From Patescibacteria group bacterium (GTDB lineage: Bacteria > Patescibacteriota > Minisyncoccia > Phycocordibacterales > JAKFXT01), in the NCBI GenBank assembly GCA_038063555.1, contig JBBTUX010000010.1:22936-86935 (forward strand): DNA of 64,000 bases, in the 5' to 3' direction. Below the pieces are notes generated by a model. It saw only the letters and a list, made by a program, of their open reading frames with translations, was not told the origin of the DNA and ran no database searches. Made by a program: the position numbers and the translations under genes. Position 1 is the first letter of the stretch. Every line of letters begins with the position of its first letter. Of the stretch, positions 15,332 through 24,982 are shown piece after piece.

Positions 15332-17518
15332 ATGGAAACAAAAAAATATTCTCTGGATTTTGCTGGAGAAACTTTAGTCGCAGAATTTAGCGACCTTGCC
15401 AATCAAGCCAATGGTTCAGTAATTTTGAGATATGGCAACACAACTGTTTTAGCAACAGCTGTAATGGGCAAACACGATAAAGAAAGTGATTATTTTCCCT
15501 TAACGGTAGATTATGAAGAAAAGTTTTATGCGTCCGGCGTGATAAAGGGCAGTCAGTATGTTCGTCGCGAAGGTAGGCCCGGGGATGATTCAATTTTGCG
15601 TGGTCGCATACTTGATAGAACAATTCGTCCACTTTTTGATCAATCAATTCGTCGCGAAATCCAAGTGGTAATAACGACTTTGGCGGTTGATAAACACGAC
15701 CAGGACATTCTGGCTGTTTTGGCGGGGTCTCTTTCAATTGCTACCTCTGACATTCCTTGGCATGGACCAGTGGGAAGTGTCAGAGTTTCTAGAAAAAAAG
15801 GCCTGCCTGCCGCGACGGGTACGGCGCAGGCAGGAAGTAAGGATTGGATATTAAATGCCACTTTTGCAGACAGAACAGAAGATACCTTGGACTTTGACAT
15901 GGTTGTTTGTGGCAAGGACGGACTCATAAATATGATAGAAGTTGAAGCTGGTGAAATATCAGAAGATGAAATGAAAGAAGCGTTAGAATTTGCTAGTAAA
16001 AATATTTCTATTCTTGAAGAGTTTCAGAAAAAAATAATCAAAGAAATTGGAAAAGAAAAACAAAAGTTTGAAAAAACTAATTTAAGCGAAATAGAGTTAA
16101 CTCTGTTTTATGGAATTGTGACTCCAAACTTAGACAAAGCGATATTTTCTGGCTCGGGAAAGGTGGGAATTTACGCCTTAAAAGAAACTTGGATGAATAA
16201 ATTTGCAGAAAATTTTCCAGAAGGAAAGTCTGCTCTTGCAGAAAATATATATGATGAAGCGATAAACGATTGTCTCCATAAAGAAACAATAGAAAAAGAA
16301 AGGCGGCCCGATGGGAGAAAACTAAACGAGTTACGATCTTTATTTGCTAAAGCTGGAGGAATATCCGACGTGTTGCACGGTTCAGGTATTTTTTATAGAG
16401 GTGAAACTCATATGTTTTCCGCGCTAACTTTAGGTGGACCAAAAGATTCGCAAACAATTGATTTTGTTGACGGATCAGAAAAGAAAAAAAGATTTTTACA
16501 TCATTATAATTTTCCGCCATTTTCTGTTGGTGAAGTGGGCAGAATGGGTGGAACAAACAGAAGAATGGTTGGGCACGGCGCTTTGGCGGAAAAATCCCTG
16601 CGCGCCGTAATTCCCCACAAAGATATTTTTCCTTACACCATAAGATTGGTTTCGGAAACCCTTTCTTCAAATGGTTCGAGTTCAATGGGAAGTGTTTGCG
16701 CCTCATCTTTAGCTTTGATGGACGGAGGCGTGCCAATTAAGAGAGCTGTTGCGGGAATTGCTATGGGTTTAATGTATAAAAATGAAAATGAATACAAAAT
16801 ACTAACGGACATTCAAGGCCCAGAGGATGAACATGGTGATATGGATTTTAAGGTAGCAGGAACCAGCGAGGGGATTACCGGCGTGCAACTTGATGTAAAG
16901 GTTTCTGGAATTTCTCTAAAAATATTGGGGGAGGCACTTACACAAAGCAAGAAAGCCCGATTGGAAATTATAGAAACATTAAACAAAGCGATTGAGAAAC
17001 CTAGAGATTCAATTTCACCGCGTGCACCAATGATTGTGGTAATAAAAATAAAACCAGATCAAATTGGACTCATTATTGGTTCTGGGGGCAAAACTATAAA
17101 TGAAATTCGTGAATTAACAGAAACAGAAATTGACATTGAAGATGACGGGTCTGTTTTCATAACAGGAAAGAATGGGGGAGCCGAAAAAGCAAAAAAAATA
17201 ATTGAGGAGATGACCCGCGAATACTTCAAGGGAGATCGTTTCAACGGCATGGTTGTAAAAATTTTGGATTTTGGCGCTTTTGTAAAAATTGGTCACAACA
17301 CTGAAGGACTGGTTCACATTTCGGAAATTGCACCCTTCCGCGTAGAAAAAGTTTCTGAAATTCTGAAAGAAGGAATGCTGGTTCCAGTTGTAGTAAAAGA
17401 GGTGGACGAAAGAGGTCGGGTTAATCTTTCCATCAAACAAGCAGATAAAGATTTTGCCGAGCGCCATGGAGCAAAGCCACCGCAAAACGCTAGTGGAGGT
17501 AGTGCCACAAAAGTGTAG
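15332..17518 (+). CDS. pnp: Polyribonucleotide nucleotidyltransferase
   Basis: FPLTVDYEEK, RRPDGR, HHYNFPPFSVGE, SNGSSSMGSVC, GDMDFKVAG, KH and S1 domains. Confidence 0.97.
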   Translation: METKKYSLDFAGETLVAEFSDLANQANGSVILRYGNTTVLATAVMGKHDKESDYFPLTVDYEEKFYASGVIKGSQYVRREGRPGDDSILRGRILDRTIRPLFDQSIRREIQVVITTLAVDKHDQDILAVLAGSLSIATSDIPWHGPVGSVRVSRKKGLPAATGTAQAGSKDWILNATFADRTEDTLDFDMVVCGKDGLINMIEVEAGEISEDEMKEALEFASKNISILEEFQKKIIKEIGKEKQKFEKTNLSEIELTLFYGIVTPNLDKAIFSGSGKVGIYALKETWMNKFAENFPEGKSALAENIYDEAINDCLHKETIEKERRPDGRKLNELRSLFAKAGGISDVLHGSGIFYRGETHMFSALTLGGPKDSQTIDFVDGSEKKKRFLHHYNFPPFSVGEVGRMGGTNRRMVGHGALAEKSLRAVIPHKDIFPYTIRLVSETLSSNGSSSMGSVCASSLALMDGGVPIKRAVAGIAMGLMYKNENEYKILTDIQGPEDEHGDMDFKVAGTSEGITGVQLDVKVSGISLKILGEALTQSKKARLEIIETLNKAIEKPRDSISPRAPMIVVIKIKPDQIGLIIGSGGKTINEIRELTETEIDIEDDGSVFITGKNGGAEKAKKIIEEMTREYFKGDRFNGMVVKILDFGAFVKIGHNTEGLVHISEIAPFRVEKVSEILKEGMLVPVVVKEVDERGRVNLSIKQADKDFAERHGAKPPQNASGGSATKV

Positions 17519-17586
17519 GCAGAATATAAAAAGATGCTATTAGCACCTCTCCCTGCCAGCAGAGAGAGATGCTAATATATATTCAA

Positions 17587-18966
17587 ATGAAAGATGATCT
17601 GCAAAAAATGATTGATGAGCAATTGCAGTCTGGTAAAGGTGACCCTAAAAAGGCCTTTTCCAAAGTAGAGATTGACAATATTATTTTAAATCCGGACGAA
17701 ACAAAAATACCAACCAATAATACTATCCCCCCAAAATCCACTGTAACAGAAACAGTCGAAACGGAAGATTCGGTTGAAAAAGAGCTCCCAGATCACGTAG
17801 TGGATCTTGATAAAGAGTTTGGAGTAATAAAACAAAAACCAATAGACGTAACTCCTATTGCTAAAACGAAAGCTCCGAAAACTATTGCCGAACTTCTTTC
17901 AATAGAAGCCAGTGTTGCCAAAAATCCTCCCAAAACTAGACCCCAATCATCTTCCGAATATTCTTATGAGAATACAAAAGAGGCTATTCCGCCATCTGGC
18001 ATAGATAAAGTAAAAGAAACCCTCAAACAAATTTCTTATACACCAAAAAGCAAATCGTCAACAATTATAAAAAAACTAAGAACCCTAGAGGGAGATATTG
18101 AGGAAGCAATGAGAAGCGGTAAAACCACTTTAACTTCCTTTGTAACATCAGAGTTAAGCCGTAAAACAACAGTCGTTGCTCCGGAGGGAATGGCTAAAGA
18201 GGTTGAGGAAAAAACTTCCAACAAAAACTCGGTTCCCCTAATAAAATTTGTTGCAATTTTTGTTGGACTAGCCCTTTTGGGAGGAGGAATATACGCTCTC
18301 TATTACATAATGGTGAAAGAAAAAGAACCAATAATAACCATTGATGCCTCCAAGGCTAGCGGCCCTATTGTTCCGGCACAATCTGAAGTAAAAGTTAGCG
18401 CAGATAAACACAATTCTTCCTACCTTCGGGCGGCAATCGCAACCGAAAGAAATCAAAGTCAGGGCAATTTGAATGAAATAAAAAATATTATTCTTACAAA
18501 AAATGGTCTTTTGGGAGACATTGCCTTGAGCACAGAAAGTTTTATGAAAATTCTTGAAATGCGCATACCACCAGAGCTTTTGCGCACCCTGGCTTCTTCC
18601 TATATGCTCGGGGTTCATAAATTCAGCGAAAATCAGTCCTTCATAATTTTAAAAACCGATTCATATGACACGGCAAGAGCCGGTATGCTTGACTGGGAAA
18701 AAAATCTTGAAGAAGATGTGGGAAAATTGATACGGTCTTCGGGCGATTTTACCTATGCCACTTCAAGTGACGCAACAACAAATAGACGCACTTTCAAAGA
18801 TGAAACCATAAAGAACCAAGATGCTCGAGTACTTTATGATGAGAATAATAATTTTCTCTTCCTATACACATTTCTTAAAGATAGGGAAACAATTGTTTTT
18901 GCTTCACACCCCGAAACCCTGGCTGAAATTATAAGCGGTCTTTCAGGAAGAAAAGTGGTTGAATAA
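17587..18966 (+). CDS. Hypothetical single-pass membrane protein
   Basis: Low-complexity N-terminus, one TM (FVAIFVGLALLGGGIYALYY), C-terminal domain. Confidence 0.75.
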   Translation: MKDDLQKMIDEQLQSGKGDPKKAFSKVEIDNIILNPDETKIPTNNTIPPKSTVTETVETEDSVEKELPDHVVDLDKEFGVIKQKPIDVTPIAKTKAPKTIAELLSIEASVAKNPPKTRPQSSSEYSYENTKEAIPPSGIDKVKETLKQISYTPKSKSSTIIKKLRTLEGDIEEAMRSGKTTLTSFVTSELSRKTTVVAPEGMAKEVEEKTSNKNSVPLIKFVAIFVGLALLGGGIYALYYIMVKEKEPIITIDASKASGPIVPAQSEVKVSADKHNSSYLRAAIATERNQSQGNLNEIKNIILTKNGLLGDIALSTESFMKILEMRIPPELLRTLASSYMLGVHKFSENQSFIILKTDSYDTARAGMLDWEKNLEEDVGKLIRSSGDFTYATSSDATTNRRTFKDETIKNQDARVLYDENNNFLFLYTFLKDRETIVFASHPETLAEIISGLSGRKVVE

Positions 18967-19042
18967 ACCCCATTAGATGACAGAGCTATCTAAACGGGGT
19001 AAAAAATTATCAAAAAAATGTATTAGTGTTAGTATGTCCAAT

Positions 19043-19432
19043 ATGTCCATAGATACAAATCATTTTAAGAAAAGGTTGGAGGAAGAATTGCAGATTTTAG
19101 AAGGAGAATTAAAAAGTGTGGGACGTCGCAACCCTGATAATAAAAATGATTGGGAACCAACTCCCTCTGATTTAAAACCGGACATGGCTGATGATATGGA
19201 AGTTGCAGACTCCATTGAGGAATATGAAACTAACGCGGGGATTCTAAAACAATTAGAAATTCGCTATAACGATATCAAAAGCGCTTTAAAAAGAATCGCT
19301 GACGACACCTACGGAGTGTGTGAAATATCGGGAAAACCAATTGAAAAAGAGCGTCTTGAAGCAAATCCTGCCGCCCGTACTTCAATTGCTAATAAAGACA
19401 AAGAGGGAAAGTTGAGAGAAGAGGGTAAATAA
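19043..19432 (+). CDS. TraR/DksA family protein
   Basis: Coiled coil, ALKRIADDTYGVCEISGKPIEKERLEANPAA. Confidence 0.85.
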   Translation: MSIDTNHFKKRLEEELQILEGELKSVGRRNPDNKNDWEPTPSDLKPDMADDMEVADSIEEYETNAGILKQLEIRYNDIKSALKRIADDTYGVCEISGKPIEKERLEANPAARTSIANKDKEGKLREEGK

Positions 19433-19442
19433 CTTTTTACAA

Positions 19443-20975
19443 ATGAAGCACTTTGCCAAAGTTCATAGTGCTCAAACCCATTTAATAAATGGTTTTATTG
19501 TTGATGTTGAAATAGACCTATCCAAAGGGTTGCATTCTTTTTCTATTGTGGGACTGCCAGATAAAGCAAATGAAGAAGCCAAGGATAGAGTTTCGGCGGC
19601 TATAAAACACTCTGGGTTCAGCTCTCCAAAATCACATAATCAAAAAATAGTGGTTTCTCTTGCTCCAGCCAATCTAAAAAAGGAGGGTCCCCTTTTTGAT
19701 TTAGCAATTGCTCTTGCTTATTTACTAGCCAAAGAAGAAATAGATTTTGACACCACAGATAAAATTTTCATAGGCGAACTTTCTTTGGATGGAAAATTGC
19801 GAGGAGTTTCTGGGATACTGCCTTTGGTTGAAACAGCCAAGAAAAAAGGATTCAAGGAAGTTTATGTGGCCGAAGAAAATGCAGAGGAGGCGGCTCTTAT
19901 TCGTGACATAAAAATTTACGGGGCACCTTCACTTTCAAAGGTGGTGGAACATTTAATAAGTAAAACTCCGATACTAAAATCGCAAGAAGAAACAAAAATA
20001 GAAAAAGGTTTAAAAAATAATGAAAATCCTGAAACTGACTTTGTTGATATAAAAGGGCAAGAAACGGGAAAAAGGGGACTTCTAATCGCGGCTTCTGGCG
20101 GTCATAACATTGCCCTATATGGTCCAGCGGGAACTGGAAAAACAATGCTAGCAAGAGCTTTGCCAACAATTTTGCCAGAGCTTTCTTATGAAGAAATTTT
20201 GGAAGTTACTTCTATTCACTCTGTTGCCGGAGTGCTTCGCGAAAACTATATTTCTATTCCACCGTTCCGCTCCCCTCATCACACTTCCTCTTATGTTTCC
20301 TTAGTTGGCGGAGGAACATTTCCCAAACCGGGAGAAGTAACTCTTTCTCATAGAGGCGTTCTTTTTCTGGATGAATTCCCAGAATTTGAGAGACGTGCAA
20401 TTGACGCTTTGAGACAACCACTGGAAGACAAAACAATTTCAATTTCCAGAGTAAGGGGGAGCAGTGTGTTTCCAGCAAATTTTATTTTAATTGCCGCACT
20501 TAATCCCTGTCCTTGCGGAAATTTCGGAAGTACCAAAACTTGTAATTGCACTCCCAAAGATTTGGCGCGTTACAAAAAGAAAATATCAGGTCCTATAGCT
20601 GACAGAATTGACATGTGGATTGAAGTACCTCTAATTAAACACAAAGTTTTGGGAGAAAAATCTGGCGGAAAAAAGAGTTCTGAATTCAAAAAAGAAGTTA
20701 TTGCGGCAAGGACGCATCAAGAAAAAAGGTTTGCGAATAAAAAAAGAAAAACATTAAATTCAGATATGAGCGCTAAAGAGGTTGAAAATTTGGTTCCACT
20801 GAGTAAAGAGGTGAGAGAAATTCTAAATAATTCCGCCGAAAAATTGCAGCTCTCTGCAAGAAGCTATCACAAAATTATAAAGTTGGCGCGAACAATCGCC
20901 GATTTAGAACACGAAAGATTTGTGCTCCCCCAACATATCTTAGAAGCGCTTCAATATAGACAAAAAGAAATCTAG
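19443..20975 (+). CDS. comM: YifB/ComM Mg-chelatase-like AAA+ ATPase
   Basis: IVGLPDKA, GPAGTGKT, PFRSPHH, LFLDEFPEF, ALNPCPCG, LARTIADL. Confidence 0.93.
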   Translation: MKHFAKVHSAQTHLINGFIVDVEIDLSKGLHSFSIVGLPDKANEEAKDRVSAAIKHSGFSSPKSHNQKIVVSLAPANLKKEGPLFDLAIALAYLLAKEEIDFDTTDKIFIGELSLDGKLRGVSGILPLVETAKKKGFKEVYVAEENAEEAALIRDIKIYGAPSLSKVVEHLISKTPILKSQEETKIEKGLKNNENPETDFVDIKGQETGKRGLLIAASGGHNIALYGPAGTGKTMLARALPTILPELSYEEILEVTSIHSVAGVLRENYISIPPFRSPHHTSSYVSLVGGGTFPKPGEVTLSHRGVLFLDEFPEFERRAIDALRQPLEDKTISISRVRGSSVFPANFILIAALNPCPCGNFGSTKTCNCTPKDLARYKKKISGPIADRIDMWIEVPLIKHKVLGEKSGGKKSSEFKKEVIAARTHQEKRFANKKRKTLNSDMSAKEVENLVPLSKEVREILNNSAEKLQLSARSYHKIIKLARTIADLEHERFVLPQHILEALQYRQKEI

Positions 20976-22054
20976 AAAGGATTAGCCGCACCGCGAATTT
21001 CAAAGTGAACATGCGTTCCCGTTGCTTTACCTGTGGCGCCCATTTCTCCAATTACTTGTCCTTGCACTACCCTCTCGCCCGGTGAAACCAAATTTTTACT
21101 TAAGTGAGCATATAAAGTTTGTGTGCCATTGCCATGTTGCACTACAATATATTGACCATAACCCGCATTCCAACCAGAAATTCTGCTTGTAAGGACTACA
21201 CCTGTAGCTGAAGCTATGACTGGCGCACCCCTGAAACTAGCCAAATCCACACCATTATATCCGTGAAGTCCTTGCGTTCTGATGCCACCAAGAATCGGCC
21301 TTAGGTAAAAGCCATCAATTTTTGGTCCACCGACACTTTTCCTCCAGGCGCTAGTAACAGCACTCACGCTTGGCGCAGTTGCGATTTCCCCATCTGGAAC
21401 CATGACTATTTCGCCAATAGCCAAAACAATATTTCCTTCAAAATTATTGAACTGCAAAATTTCTTTTTCATCAGCTTTATACTTTTTAGCAATTGATTTT
21501 ATAGTATCTCCTTTTACAACAGTGTGTTGAACCCCAGAAATCGGTAAAATAATAAGTGTTTGTCCTGGTTTAATAATGCCACCAGAAATATCATTGGCCC
21601 AGGCTATTGTATTTTTAGAAACACCAAAAAGTTTAGCAATTGAAGAAAGGCTGTCCCCAGATCTCACCACATACAAACTAATGTGACCCATAGCAATTTT
21701 CTCTTCAACGTCAAGTGCCGTTCCTTCTGGTCCGTCTTCCGAAAGAAGGGCGCTACCTGAAACAACCGTAATGTCGCCACCCCCCTTTGCAGGATTTGGG
21801 TCTGGGCTCACCGCCGCTTGAAGCAAACCCATTGTTTGCGTATTCATAGACCTTCTTTCCATGATTTCCTTTGGTTTTTCAAAAAAATCAGTAATAAGCG
21901 AGAAAAAACCAGCGTTCGCGGCGCTGGGTACAATAAAAAATAGAGCAAAAACGGCAAACAGAATGACTTGTTTTAGAAAAAACGATAAAAATCCACTACC
22001 ATTATGTGGCCCCCCGAGAACAGCTTCGGTGGAGCTTTGTTTTTGTTTTATTTT
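20972..22054 (-). CDS. LysM x2 + M23 peptidase (true start uncertain, upstream of ORF-track 21862)
   Basis: Two LysM repeats, HGYNGVD, YAHL, HVHFE; frame open upstream through a signal peptide (..FALFFIVPSAANA). Confidence 0.85.
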   Translation of the reverse strand, partial: KIKQKQSSTEAVLGGPHNGSGFLSFFLKQVILFAVFALFFIVPSAANAGFFSLITDFFEKPKEIMERRSMNTQTMGLLQAAVSPDPNPAKGGGDITVVSGSALLSEDGPEGTALDVEEKIAMGHISLYVVRSGDSLSSIAKLFGVSKNTIAWANDISGGIIKPGQTLIILPISGVQHTVVKGDTIKSIAKKYKADEKEILQFNNFEGNIVLAIGEIVMVPDGEIATAPSVSAVTSAWRKSVGGPKIDGFYLRPILGGIRTQGLHGYNGVDLASFRGAPVIASATGVVLTSRISGWNAGYGQYIVVQHGNGTQTLYAHLSKNLVSPGERVVQGQVIGEMGATGKATGTHVHFEIRGAANPF

Positions 22055-22272
22055 AATAAGCCCTAAAGGTTAAGCTAACTCCTCTCTTTTCTTTACCATT
22101 TTGGTGAATAATGGCTTTGTTAAGCCACTTTTATTAGCATCCTTCTCTTCCTATACATCTAATATACCCCCCTCAAACCGAGTGTCAACCTTTGGTTTTC
22201 TGGCATGTGGATAAGGTAAAAAATAAGAAAGTAGTCAAAAAATAACATTCGGTACGTATGTTAAACTGCCAA

Positions 22273-24228
22273 ATGAACAACGAAATGTCTCATCTTGAAG
22301 GATTAAACTCAAAACAAAGAGAAGCAGTTAAGGCCACAGAGGGTCCTCTTTTAATATTAGCGGGGGCGGGGGCGGGAAAAACCAAGACCATAACCCATAG
22401 AGTCCTAGAAATAATAAAAAAGGGGGTCTTTCCACATCAAATACTGGCTGTTACTTTCACCAATAAAGCGGCTAAGGAAATGCGCGAAAGAATTTTTAAC
22501 CTAATAGAGAAAGACCAGACCATAAATTTACCTATTTCGGAATTTACTCGACCCTTTATTTCTACTTTTCACTCATTGGGGGTGCACATTTTGCGAGAAA
22601 ATTCTTCTTTACTTAAAATCCCGCGCCATTTCACAATTTATGATAGAAGCGATTCTTTAAGCACCCTACGAAGTGCCATAAAAGAACTTTCATTGGACCC
22701 AAAACAATTTGAGCCAGCGAAATTTTTAGCAATAATTTCTAAACAAAAAGGAGAGGGTATTTCTTTATCATATTATGAAGAAAGGGCTAGTGAAAATTAC
22801 CTTGACCGCATTCTTCTTTCCATTTGGAAAAAATATGAAGAAAAACTTTTAAAGGATAAATCCTTTGACTTTGATGATTTGCTTTTGGTTACCAAGGATT
22901 TGTTGAAAAAAAATGAAAACGTGAGAAAACATTATCAAAATATTTGGCATTACATTCACATAGACGAATATCAAGATACCAATAAAGTTCAATATGAAAT
23001 TACCAAACTTTTAACTGGAAAAGAAAAAAATGTTTGTGTTGTCGGGGACATTGATCAAAGTATTTACAGTTGGCGTGGCGCTGATTTCAAAAACATTATG
23101 CGTTTTGAAAAAGATTATCCCGAAAGCAAAACGATTTTACTGGAACAAAACTATCGTTCCAGCAAAATAATATTGAAAGCGGCCAATTCTATTATTGAAA
23201 AAAATACTTTACGCAAAGACAAGAAACTTTTTACAGAAAATGCGGAAGGGGAGAAAATTTCTCTTTTCGGCTCTTATGATGAAGTGGGTGAAGCATTGTT
23301 TGTAGCCGAAAAAATAAAAAGTTTGTTGCGAGAGGGGAAAAAAACAAGAGATTTTGCCGTTTTGTATCGCGCCAATTTCCAATCTCGGATATTAGAGGAA
23401 ACTATGCTTAAAGAAAATATTCCTTATCAGGTGCTCGGCACAAAATTTTATGAAAGAAAGGAAGTAAAAGACATTATCAGTTATTTACGCGCTTCTCTTG
23501 ATGAAAATAATCTAAATGATTTCCGAAGGATTGTTAATACCCCTCCAAGAGGAATCGGCAAAACTACTTTGTTAAAAATTATAGAAAAGAAAGAAGGGGA
23601 ATTGCCAAATGCAACCAAAGAAAAAATATTTATGGTTAGAAAACTTCTAGCGGAAATAAAAAATATGGCTTTAAATAAGAAGTTATCGGAAACAATAATG
23701 TTTATTATAGAAAAAAGCGGTCTTAAAAAATATTATGAAGGTGAGGGGGATGTTGGGGTGGAAAGATTGGAAAATATGTTTGAATTAATTTCCGTATCTA
23801 GTAAATACGATTCATTTACAAGAGAAGAGGCCTTGGATTTATTTCTGACAGAGTGCGCACTTTCTAGTGACCAGGATGATTTGAAAGAAGAAAAAGAGGG
23901 AGTGCGATTAATGACGGTGCACGCCGCTAAAGGATTAGAATTTGATTATTGTTTTATTACAGGATTAGAAGAAGGGCTTTTCCCTCACGAAAAACCAGAA
24001 GGCAAAAAAAATCTCGAGGAAAAAGAAGAGGAAAGAAGGTTGTTTTATGTTGCCTTAACCCGCGCCCGCAAAAAACTATTTTTAACTTATTCATCTGTAA
24101 GGAGCCAATATGGCACGAGGACTATGAATATACCTTCCTCTTTTATAGATGATATAGCTCCAGAAATTTTAGAAAATGAATTTGGCGAAAACGATAGCGC
24201 CAAAGGAAAAGTAATTTATCTTGAATAA
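22273..24228 (+). CDS. pcrA: UvrD/PcrA ATP-dependent DNA helicase
   Basis: AGAGAGKT, VTFTNKAA, DEYQDTN, GDIDQSIYSWRGA, LEQNYRS, TVHAAKGLEF, YVALTRA. Confidence 0.95.
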   Translation: MNNEMSHLEGLNSKQREAVKATEGPLLILAGAGAGKTKTITHRVLEIIKKGVFPHQILAVTFTNKAAKEMRERIFNLIEKDQTINLPISEFTRPFISTFHSLGVHILRENSSLLKIPRHFTIYDRSDSLSTLRSAIKELSLDPKQFEPAKFLAIISKQKGEGISLSYYEERASENYLDRILLSIWKKYEEKLLKDKSFDFDDLLLVTKDLLKKNENVRKHYQNIWHYIHIDEYQDTNKVQYEITKLLTGKEKNVCVVGDIDQSIYSWRGADFKNIMRFEKDYPESKTILLEQNYRSSKIILKAANSIIEKNTLRKDKKLFTENAEGEKISLFGSYDEVGEALFVAEKIKSLLREGKKTRDFAVLYRANFQSRILEETMLKENIPYQVLGTKFYERKEVKDIISYLRASLDENNLNDFRRIVNTPPRGIGKTTLLKIIEKKEGELPNATKEKIFMVRKLLAEIKNMALNKKLSETIMFIIEKSGLKKYYEGEGDVGVERLENMFELISVSSKYDSFTREEALDLFLTECALSSDQDDLKEEKEGVRLMTVHAAKGLEFDYCFITGLEEGLFPHEKPEGKKNLEEKEEERRLFYVALTRARKKLFLTYSSVRSQYGTRTMNIPSSFIDDIAPEILENEFGENDSAKGKVIYLE

Positions 24229-24266
24229 TGTCTCTTGAATAATTAAAAACTTAAAAATCAATCTAG

Positions 24267-24300
24267 TAACATAATTGGTGCATATACTCCTTTTATGTTA
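24267..24300. repeat. Left site of inverted pair flanking PaaX/Cas2-like gene
   Basis: TAACATAA-(18 bp containing GCATATACTCC)-TTATGTTA. Confidence 0.7.
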
Positions 24301-24310
24301 GTGTATAAAA

Positions 24311-24856
24311 ATGACTACAAAAAAAGAATTGTTCACTAAAATAATTTTGACAACTTTGATAGCCGGGACAGTAATAGCGAGTGTGGCTATCGCTCCAGGA
24401 CTTGGTCCCGTTCTTCGTTTATTTGACAATAAAAATAATAAGAGAAGGTTGGGTTTTTCGCGTGCCATTAAAAATTTGGAGGAAAAAAGAATGGTAAAAA
24501 TTTTTAATAAAGACGGAAATTTAATTATTAAAATAACAGATAAAGGAAAGGGGAGGGTTCTAAAATATAAATTTGATGAAATGAAAATTTATAACCCCAA
24601 AAAATGGGATGGGCTATGGAGAATTGTCATGTTTGATATTCCAACAAAAGACAACAAAAAACGAGATATTCTCCGTTTAAAATTAAAAGAAATGGGCTTT
24701 GAAATGACTCAAAGATCTGTTTTCGTTTATCCTTACCCAGCAAAAAACGAGATTGACTTTCTGGGAGAGTATTTGGGAATTAGAAAACATATTACCTGTA
24801 TTCTTGCAAAAGAAATGGAGGGGAGTAGGAATTATAAAAAACTTTTTAAACTTTAG
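24311..24856 (+). CDS. PaaX-like wHTH + Cas2-like domain protein
   Basis: ITDKGK wing; KWDGLWRIVMFDIP..RDILRLKLKEMGFEMTQRSVF; no CRISPR array or cas1 in the window. Confidence 0.8.
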   Translation: MTTKKELFTKIILTTLIAGTVIASVAIAPGLGPVLRLFDNKNNKRRLGFSRAIKNLEEKRMVKIFNKDGNLIIKITDKGKGRVLKYKFDEMKIYNPKKWDGLWRIVMFDIPTKDNKKRDILRLKLKEMGFEMTQRSVFVYPYPAKNEIDFLGEYLGIRKHITCILAKEMEGSRNYKKLFKL

Positions 24857-24907
24857 TTTTTAAAAAATTAACCCTCTAGATTATAGATTTCTTGAAAAAA
24901 CTCTTAG

Positions 24908-24941
24908 CAACACAAACGGAGTATATGCTCTGTTTGTGTTA
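24908..24941. repeat. Right site of inverted pair flanking PaaX/Cas2-like gene
   Basis: CAACACAA-(18 bp containing GGAGTATATGC)-TTGTGTTA. Confidence 0.7.
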
Positions 24942-24982
24942 GTGGGGATTGTCTTAATTTAAAAAAGGTATAAGGTGACCTC

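Noticed and set aside
24311-24856. CRISPR-Cas locus suggested by the Cas2-like domain
   Set aside because: No repeat-spacer array, cas1 or effector genes seen in the window; the protein has a PaaX-like architecture.
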